DNA from: Eledone cirrhosa
Lineage: Eukaryota
DNA length: 64,000 bases
NCBI GenBank assembly: GCA_964016885.1
Contig: OZ024745.1
Location: 18,724,001 to 18,788,000 of the forward strand
Direction of reading: 5' to 3'
The position numbers were made by a program, and so were the translations under genes. Under the pieces are notes generated by a model, which saw only the letters and a program-made list of their open reading frames with translations, did not search any database and was not told the DNA's origin. Shown here in pieces: positions 54,330 through 64,000 of this stretch; positions within the stretch are counted from its first letter, which is position 1; each line of letters starts with the position of its first letter.

Positions 54330-57300
54330 TCGTCTACAGCGTTGTGATAATGCCACACAAGAGCCAAGTGGAGCGACGCAACCACTGGAGACGGTGAATC
54401 CACAGATGGTTATGTAACCATACATTCGCCAATCCTCGATAAGAGTGTTTAAATATCGAACCTAAACAGTTCGAATAACGGTGAAATGGAGACTAGAACG
54501 TCATGTGACAGACTCTCACCCAACAGGTGCTCCCTGGTTCAGCAGCAGGGACCTGGCTGTCAACCAAATGCTGCTGGTGTCGGAGGAAGAAGAAGAAGGA
54601 AAGGGACCAGAAGCAACTGGACGAAAGAATTGAATAGAACTGTTATGCAATGTTACCTGAAAAGTAACCCCAAGGAGAGGGGCTATAGGAGACGGATGCA
54701 TAACATCTGGAACGAGATTGGTCTATTTAAATTAGATGAACAAAAATTGGCCGGGCAGGCTCGAGTAATAAGAACTAATGGGTGGATAAGCGAGCTGGAA
54801 CTGGAGGAACTGAGCAGAGAGATTAGCTTGGAGATGGGGGGTGGAGTATGCCAGGCAAACGAGCCAGTGGGAAATGAAGGTGAAGAGGTCGAGAGAACGG
54901 AGGAACCACCCGAAGCAGACAATGATCTGAATACTGAGATAAATAATACCTGGAACAGAGATACGGCCACTGAGGAGATGAATTCTGACGGGCTAGGACA
55001 AGATTCGGTTGACATCCTAAATTTAGTGGTAGATGAATTGAACAATGATAGTGGGAGACCTATGAACCTAAGATTTGTAGACAGGAAAAAGTTAAAAGAA
55101 ACAACAGCTAAGGTAAACAAAGTCATCCCATACCTTGAGGCGAGGAGCCTTCACCAGTGCAACAATATCCTCAAAGCAACAGCAAATACGGTGAGGAAAC
55201 TACTTGGTATAAAAGCGAGAGGAAACAACAGACAAGAAAGAGCAGAGCCTTGGTGGAAGAAACGACTGAGTGGTCAAATCAGGGAAATGAGAAATGACAT
55301 TGGAAAGCTTGAGTCACTAATGAATGGGACACTAAAAAACATAGACACTAAAAATAGACTGGAAATAAAGTACAAAACTAGGAGGAAAAAGCTAAATATT
55401 ATCATAGAGGAACTGAAGCAACGCATTGTAGCAAAGAGTGCAAAAATCAGGCGATACGAGAACAGAGTCAGTCAGTATAAACAGAACCGCATGTTCGACA
55501 ATAACCACAAGATGCTGTTTGGACAGCTTGAGGTGAAAGAAAGAGGCAACGACTTGATCCCTGGGGCGGAACAAACTAAAACATTCTGGAGAGGAATATG
55601 AGAGCAGGATGTTAGACATAATGACCAGGCAGTGTGGATTGAGACAGTACAGAGGGAGATCTGTGAGCAGGCACACCAACAAACTGATTTGAGTATCACA
55701 GTTGAAACTCTTAAGGGGCAGGCCAAAAAACTAACCAACTGGAAATCACCAGGCCCAGATGGTGTGCAGGGGTATTGGATTAAAAATATAACATCCCTCC
55801 ACCCGAAACTGACAACCATGTTCAATGACTGCTTTATGTCAGGTGAGGTACCAGAGTGGTTGACAAAAGGTACCACAGTTCTGATAATGAAAGACAGAAT
55901 CAAGGGTAATGATGTTACCAACTATAGACCTATCACATGTCTGTCCGTAATGTGGAAACTGTTGACGAGCATTGTGTCTGAGGAAATCTACCATCACCTC
56001 CACACAAACAACTTGTTACCGGACGAACAGAAAGGATGCCGAATGAAGTCACGTGGTACAAAGGACCAGTTACTTATTGATAAGATGGTAATGGGGAATT
56101 GCAGGAGGAGACACACTGATCTTGCCATGGGATGGATAGACTACAGAAAGGCATTTGACATGGTGCCTCATTCTTGGATCACCAAAAGCCTGGAGATCTT
56201 CAAGGTGGCAGATAACATCAGACAGTTGTTGGGCAAGAGTATGAGGTCCTGGGAAACAGAGTTGACATCAACTGGAGAATCCTTGGGAAGCGTGAAGATC
56301 AAGAGAGGTATCTTCCAGGGAGATAGCCTGTCCCCTCTGTTGTTTGTCCTTGCACTGATGCCCCTGACCAGTGTACTGCGAAAAGTGAGAGCAGGATACA
56401 GGTTGGGAAAGGGAGGGCTTGCCATCAATCACCTCCTCTTCATGGACGATCTTAAGCTCTTCGGGAAGAGTGAGAAGGATTTGGATGTGCTTGTTGACAC
56501 TGTCCGTATTTTCAGCAGTGATATATGTATGCAGTTTGGTATTAGTAAGTGTGGAGTCATTGTGATGAGGAGGGGTAGGTTGAGCAGAAGTAACGGAATC
56601 CAGATACCAACAGGTGAGATGATAAAGGAAATTGATCTGAGGAAGGATACAAGTATTTGGTCGTTCTGGAGGCTGATGGCATAAAGAACAAAAAAATGAA
56701 GGAATTGTTAAGAACTGAATACATTCGGAGAGTAAGGAGCGTATTGAAGTTACATCTGAACAGCAGAAATGCCATAAGCGCAGTAAATTCCCGAGCTGTG
56801 TCTATTATTAGGTACAGTGCGGGAATTCTGAGATGGAATGTTACTGAACAAAAAGAAATGGATGGGAAGACTAGGAAGCTATTGACTATCTACAACATGT
56901 TCCACAAGAGGAGTGATGTCGATAGACTCTACCTAAGGAGATCTGAGGGTGGAAGAGGTCTTATCAGCATAGAGGACTGTGTTCAGATGGAGAAAAACAA
57001 CCTACACAAATACGTGACTGATAGTAAGGAGCCAATGCTCAGAACTGTACTAATGATGGGACAATAGGCCAGGGGATGTCCAAGGAGGAAATAACATCAA
57101 GGAGAAAGAGCAGCCTTCAGGAAAAATCCCTTCATAGTACCTTCTTTGAGAAAACTGAATTTAGAGATCGACAGACATGGAACTGGTTGAGAAGAGGAGA
57201 CCTTAAAAAGGCTACAGAAGGAATGTTAATGGCTGCGCAGGAGCAGGCCCTCAAAACGAAGTGGTTGAAACACCATATTTACAAGGAGGAGGCTAGCCCA

Positions 57301-57949
57301 CTGTGCAGGATCTGTGGAGAGAGAAAGGAGACTGTGGCTCACATTGTATCCGAGTGTAAACAGCTAGCCCAGACCCACTATAAGGGGTGGAGACATGATG
57401 TGATGGGCAGGGTGATCCACTGGCACCTGTGCAAAGTAAACAATTTACCACATTCTGAGAAATGGTATGAGCATAAGCCAGAGGCGGTGATGGAGAACGA
57501 TCAGGTGAAGGTGCTGTGGGATTTTAGGATACAGACGGACAAGAAACTGGAACACAATAGACCTGACCTGGTGGTTGTGGACGAAGAAAAAAGATCGTGT
57601 CTGATTGTGGATGTGGCCTGCCCATTCGACACGAGAGTGCAAGAGAAGGAGAGGGAGAAAATTAACCGATACCAGGACTTAAAGTGGGAGGTAAAAAGGA
57701 TTTGGAACTGCCATGAAGTCAAAGTGATCCCGATTGTCATAGGCGCACTGGGGACTATCTCCAAAAGTTTCCAGGGATGGTTAAAGACAATCGGCCCCTT
57801 CGCGCTTTTTGGAACGCTTCAAAAGGCATGCTTGCTGGGAACAGCAAGAACCCTCCGATACGTCCTGAATATCTGAGGCTGCAGGTAGTGGCTTGATATT
57901 CATTCCAACAAACTTTCCAGTTAACTAACATCAATGACTGAGATTCAAG

Positions 57950-58016
<67 letters not shown>
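54330..58016 (+). mobile_element. Near-full-length R4/Dong-type non-LTR retrotransposon ending in (AAT)n
   Basis: Single long disrupted ORF with RT, CCHC knuckle and RLE; short 3' UTR; (AAT)~22 tail at 57951-58016. The 5' boundary is approximate. Confidence 0.9.
54486..57876 (+). pseudogene. Disrupted RT-RLE polyprotein of the R4/Dong-like element
   Basis: YRPITCL, WIDYRKAFDMVPH, GIFQGDSLSPLLF, HLLFMDDLKLF, CRICGERKETVAHIVSEC, RPDLVVVD..IVDVACP..EKINRY. TGA at 55599-55601 (TGG in copy 2) and 1-bp deletions near 56637 and 57055. Confidence 0.92.
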
Positions 58017-58019
<3 letters not shown>

Positions 58020-60375
58020 TAAGATATTCTGGAGAGGAATATGGGAGCAGGATGTTAAACATAATGATCAGGCAGTGTGGATTGAGACAGTACAAAAGGA
58101 GATTAGTGAACAGACACACCAACAAACTGATTTGAGTATCACAGTTGAAACTCTTAAGGGGCAGGCCAAAAAACTAACCAACTGGTAATCACCAGGCCCA
58201 GATGGTGTGCAGGGGTATTGGATTAAAAATATAACATCCCTCCACCCGAAACTGACAACTATGTTCAATGACTGCTTGATGTCAGGTGAGGTACCAGAGT
58301 GGTTGACAATAGGTACCACAGTTCTGATAATGAAAGACCGAATCAAGGGTAATGATGTTACCAACTATAGACCTATCACATGTCTGTCCGTAATGTGGAA
58401 ACTGTTAACAAGCATTGTGTCTGAGGAAATCTACCATCACCTCCACATAAACAACTTGTTATCGGACGAACAGAAAGGATGCCGAAAGAAGTCCCGTGGT
58501 ACAAAGGACCAGTTACTTATTGATAAGCTGGTAATGAGGAATTGCAGGAGACATACTGGTCTTGCCATGGGATGGATAGACTACAAAAAGGCATTCGACA
58601 TGGTACCTCATTCTTGGATAATCAAAAGCCTAGAGATCTTCAAGGTGGCAGATAACATCAGACAGTTGTTGAACAAAAGTATGACGTCCTGGAAAACGGG
58701 CGGAGAATCCTTGGGAGGCGTGAAGATCAAGAGAAGTATCTTCCAGGGAGATAGCCTGTCCCCTCTGTTGTTTGTCCTTGCCCTGATGCCCCTGACCAGT
58801 GTACTGCGAAAAGTGAGAGCAGGATACAAGTTGGGAAAGGGCGAGCTTACCATCAATCACCTCCTCTTCATGGACGATCTTAAACTCTTCGGGAAGAGTG
58901 AGATGGAGTTGGATGTGCTAGTTGACACTGTCCGTATTTTCTGCAATGATATATGTATGCAATTTGGTATTAGTAAGTGTGGAGTGCTTGTGCAGAAGAG
59001 GCGTAAATTGAGCAGAAGCAACAGAATCTAGGTACCAACAGGTGAGATGATAAAGGAAATTGATACTGAAGAAGGATACAAATATTTAAGTGTTCTGGAG
59101 GCTGATGACATCAAGAACAAAAAAATGAAGATAAGATCTGAATACATTCGGAGAGTAAGGAGCGTATTAAAGTCACATCCGAACAGTAGGAATGCCATAA
59201 GTGCAGTAAATTCCCGAGCTGTGTCTATTATTAGGTACAATGCGGGAATTCTGAGATGTAATGTTGCTGAACAAAAAGAAATGGATAGAAAGACTAGAAA
59301 GCTATTGACTATCTACAACATGTTCCACAAGACGAGTGATGTCGATAGACTCTACTTAGGGAGATCTGAGGGTGGAAGAGGTCTTATCAGCATAGAGGAC
59401 TGTGTTCAGATGGAGAAACATAACCTACACAAATACGTGACTGATAGTAGGGAGCCAATGCTCAGAACTGTACTGAAGGAGAAGACCATAGACCAGGGGA
59501 TGTCCAAGGAGGAAATAACAACAAGGAGAAAGAGCAACTTTCATGAAAAATCCCTTCATAGTACCTTCTTTGAGAAAACTGAATTTAGAGATCCACAGAC
59601 ATGGAACTGGTTGAGAAGAGGAGACCTTTAAATGGCTACAGAAGGAATGATAATGGCTGCGAAAGAGCAGGCCTTCAAAACGAAGTGGGTGAAATACCAT
59701 ATTTACAAGGAGGAGGTTAACTCACTGTGTAGGATCTGTGGAGAGAGAGGAGACTGTGGCTCACATTGTATCCGAGTGTAAACAGCTAGCCCAGACTCAC
59801 TATAAAGGCTGGAGACATGATGTGATGGGCAGGGTGATCCACTGGCACCTATGCAAAGTAAACAATTTACCACATTCTGAGAAGTGGTATGAGCATAAGC
59901 CAGAGGCGGTGATAGAAAACGATCAGGTGAAGGTGCTGTGGGATTTTAGGATACAATCGGACAAGAAACTGGAACACAATAGACCTGACCTGGTGGTTTT
60001 GGACAAGGAAAAAGATCGTGCCTGATTGTAGATGTGGCCTGCCCATTCGACACGAGAGTGCAAGAAAAGGAGAGGGAGAAAATTAACCGATACCAGGACT
60101 TAAAGTGGGAGGTAAAAAGGATTTGGAACTGCCATGAAGTCAGAGTCGTCCCGATTGTCATAGGCGCACTAGGTACTACCTCAAAGAGTTTCCAAGGATG
60201 GTTAAAGAAAATTAGTCCAGCCCCGCTTTTTGGAACACTTCAAAAGGCATGCTTGCTGAACTCTCCGATACGTCCTGAATATCTGAGGCTGCAAGTAGTG
60301 GCTTGATATTCATTTCAACAAACTTTCCAGTTAAATAACATCAATGACTGAGACTCAAAGAACAATAATAATAAT
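58017..60375 (+). mobile_element. Second, 5'-truncated copy of the R4/Dong-like element (pseudogenised)
   Basis: Colinear with ~55575-57960. Stops at 58186, 59029 and 59629 plus indels. Ends AACAATAATAATAA. Confidence 0.93.
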
Positions 60376-60815
60376 TGTTTCTACTTTAGGCACAAGGCCA
60401 GCAATTACCCAGTGCATTACTGGTACTTTATTTTATCGACCCCGTAAGGATGAAAGGCAAAGTCAACCTCGGCGCGATTTGAACTCAGATCGTAAAGGGA
60501 CGTAACTATGCTGGCGTCCGACCCTCTACCGATACTGACAATCCACCGCCTATAATTGTTTCTACTTTAGGCACAAGGCCAGCAATTACCTAGTGCATTA
60601 CTGGTACTTTATTTTATTGACCCCGTAAGGATGAAAGGCAAAGTCAACCTCGGCGGGATTTGAACTCTGATCGTAAAGGGACATAACTATGCTGGAAAGC
60701 ATGGCGTCCGACCCTCCACCGATACTGCCAATCCACCGCAATAATAATAATTGTTTCTACTATTGGCACAAGGCCAGCAATTTCTCAGTACATTACTGGT
60801 ACTTTATTTTATCGA
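60373..60815 (-). mobile_element. Three tandem SINE family 1 copies (two near full, one 3' fragment)
   Basis: ATTGTTTCTACT..GGCACAAGGCCAGC starts at ~60374, ~60555 and ~60750. Confidence 0.92.
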
Positions 60816-61067
60816 ATCATAATAACAACAATAGTGAGTAAAATCTAAGCTGCAGCTGCGATTAGCAGCTTTCGAAAACAATCCTTAAAAGCTGGCACAG
60901 AGCATTCAATGAGATGATATCGATAAATCGTTAAATTATAGCTCAGAGTAATAAACATACGTTAAAAGTGTGACAAATTGAAAACTGTGGCGGGATATAA
61001 ATTACCACAAAAGCCACCATAACATAACAGCGAAAATACAAACAAGTTATATATATATACGATATCT

Positions 61068-61119
<52 letters not shown>

Positions 61120-61154
61120 GTATATATATATATATATATATATACATACATATA

Positions 61155-61781
<627 letters not shown>

Positions 61782-61784
61782 TAT

Positions 61785-61920
61785 AACAAGAGGATGTGGT
61801 AAGATACCAGGTGGACAATAACGCACCAGAGTACTCAATACTCAGTGTAGTAGAGTGGATTATATGAAAAGAGACAGGAACCCGACGACTGAGCTCCGGC
61901 CGTTTCGACAGCTAGATCCG

Positions 61921-61922
<2 letters not shown>
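61785..61922 (-). mobile_element. Relative of the 30440 element, with a hammerhead 3' half
   Basis: Shares ATAACGCACCAGAGTACTCAATACT. Minus strand GTCGAAACGGC-CGGAGCTCA-GTCGTC. Confidence 0.7.
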
Positions 61923-61967
<45 letters not shown>

Positions 61968-62136
61968 TATGTATACGTACAGTAGTATCTATATACATAC
62001 ATACATGCACACATATATATATGTACGTATGAGTTTACCGAACATTTATTATAATGCTCGGTTTGTGTGTAAAGAAACAACCCGAATTAAGCCGTACAGT
62101 GTTCGGGAACCATCGTTGTTCAACACAGACAAAGGA

Positions 62137-62193
62137 ACGACGAACTAGTTTCTAGCTTATTAGCACTGTATACCTTCCTGTCATCAGCACCGT
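62137..62193 (-). ncRNA. Hammerhead motif with intact core and a duplication inside stem II
   Basis: Minus strand ACGGTG-CTGATGA-CA[GGAAGGTATACAGT]GCTAATAAGCTA-GAAAC-TA-GTT-CGTCGT. Confidence 0.55.
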
Positions 62194-62603
62194 ATACCTT
62201 CCTGTCAGTCGATTGAACGTTTGAAATTATATACTTTCCTTATGCATATTAACGGCTGAGTAACCTAATTTGCATATCGAGTGAGTTAGTCGGCCGGTCG
62301 TACCGAAAACTATAATGAAAAAAAAAGGAAATTTCATTTCTCACTCTTAGTACGGCTGATACTTAAATATAAGTATGTATACGTACATACATATATATGT
62401 ATATAGACGTACAGTAGTATGTATATATATATACATACATATACACATATATATGTGTACGTATGGGTTTACCGAACATTTATTATAATGCTCGGTTTGT
62501 TTGTAAACAAACTCACTTGATATGCAAATTAAGCTACTCAGCCGTTAATATGCATAAGGAAAGTATATACTTTCAAACGTTCAATCGACTGACAGGAAGG
62601 TAT

Positions 62604-62646
62604 ACGGTGCGGATGACAACTAATAAGCTAGAAACTAGTTCATCGT
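62604..62646 (+). ncRNA. Minimal hammerhead motif with core variant CGGAUGA
   Basis: ACGGTG/CATCGT stem I; CAACTAATAAGCTA stem II; GAAAC-TA-GTT (palindromic AACTAGTT). Confidence 0.58.
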
Positions 62647-62872
62647 TCCTTTGTCAGTGTTGAACAAATGAGCAACGATGGTTGCCGAAGACTGTACGGC
62701 TAATAACTCGGGCTGTTTGTTTACAAACACACCGAGCATTATAATAAACGTTCGGTAAAACCATACGTACATATATATATATATATGTGTACATGTATGT
62801 ATGTATATACATACTACTGTACGTCTGTATACATATTCAATTTTGATATATTTTTTTTAATTGTGTCAATAT

Positions 62873-62965
62873 TACGAATGTTGGTCGAAAGGGTCATATG
62901 CTGAAATATTATGGTCCAGATGAAGTTTATTTTTTAACATAGTCCCTTGAAAGAAATAATGCATA
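62873..62965. mobile_element. Mariner MITE end remnant
   Basis: Similar to 43578-43680 (…AACATAGTCCCT.GAAAGAAA.AATGCAT). Confidence 0.6.
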
Positions 62966-63034
62966 TATATAATCTGGATCCAGCTGTTGGAACAGTAAGG
63001 GCTCAACCGTCGGGTTCCTGACTCTCTATAATAT

Positions 63035-63170
63035 ATATAGGAGAAAGTATGACCCTGACGGCAGATCTCAAGCCGTTTCGACGGCTATTTCTGGACGGCT
63101 ATTTCACTCCAGAAACAGCCGTCGAAACGGCTTGAGCTCTGTTGTCGGGGGTCATACATTTTCCTATATA
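63035..63170. mobile_element. Fold-back insert of the 30440 family, with a hammerhead 3' half
   Basis: TAGGAGAAAGTATGACCCTGACGGCAGATCTCAAGCCGTTTCGACGGC ... GCCGTCGAAACGGCTTGAGCTCTGTTGTCGGGGGTCATAC. Confidence 0.8.
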
Positions 63171-63187
63171 TATATATATGCCACCAG

Positions 63188-63228
<41 letters not shown>

Positions 63229-64000
63229 ACCAGTTTTCTGAGAAAATAACACCATATATATATATATATATATCAGTCACAATGGACTGAACGCGAAACC
63301 ACCTGGCTGTGAAGTGCACTACTTAACCACAGAGCAATGCTCGCGCCTATAAGAAATTATTTTCATATATTTCCTTCTTTGTGACTATATATTGATTCGA
63401 TATATTGATACGTCCATCTTTTCGGTTCCGTTTTTCCCGTCCATTTAGTGATACCACTCTGTCCACAGCTATATTACGGTAAAAACATTAACGATGTTTT
63501 GTGTGGATTCGGAATCTTAAAGAAACCTCAGTGGACATATATACAAAACATGTAAAAGAGACAACGTTACCTTTGTACATGACAGGAGCCTTTTAGCCAT
63601 TGAATTGTGAATATCGGCTGTCATAGAGATTGACATGTGGCAACATAAAAACAGCAGTATATAATCATGTTCGAGTGGAATCTGAAGAAAACTCAAAGGC
63701 CATATTGTTTGATGTTGTATAAAACTTATATCTCGTGAGAAAACATTATTTTCAAACAGAAGGGGATATATTTGAGCTTTCCAACAAGGAACGATACAAC
63801 GAATGGCATATAATAGTGAGGTATAGAATACAGAAACATTTTGAATTAAATGAATTTATCAATCTAAAGAGAAATATCAAATTGAATATCGTTATCTGAT
63901 GCATGTCTTTCACAAGGAAGACAAATATCTGCTACCATTTCTACGTGATAGCCCTAAGAAAATGATATACACTCTAATATACATGCATTCATATATACGT

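Larger units (their letters stand above)
61960..62835. mobile_element. Compound direct + inverted repeat element (A-B-C-A-B'-A')
   Basis: Block A at ~61965-62070 and ~62365-62510, inverted at ~62715-62835. Block B at ~62075-62288, inverted at ~62510-62715. Confidence 0.85.

Noticed and set aside
54516-60161. Minus-strand ORFs overlapping the retrotransposon
   Set aside because: Antisense shadows of the RT-RLE coding sequence.

Overview
Eukaryotic, repeat-dominated window with no supportable host gene. The SINE types and microsatellite load look like a cephalopod (Octopus-like) genome; this is an inference. Bases 1-25.6 kb are four juxtaposed (GTT/AAC)-derived satellite arrays with strand-polarity switches, and the giant ORFs there are repeat artefacts. 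Bases 25.7-64 kb are AT-rich DNA with microsatellites, two tRNA-derived SINE families, mariner MITEs, and RTE and CRE fragments. They also hold a near-full-length R4/Dong-type non-LTR retrotransposon with a tandem truncated copy. The most striking signal is a cluster of short, often fold-back inserts between (TA)n/(TG)n tracts that carry type I hammerhead ribozyme motifs of at least seven different sequence families. One is fully canonical (39107-39190). This points to a Penelope-like/retrozyme-type non-autonomous retroelement system. All structures were read by eye and none was computed.
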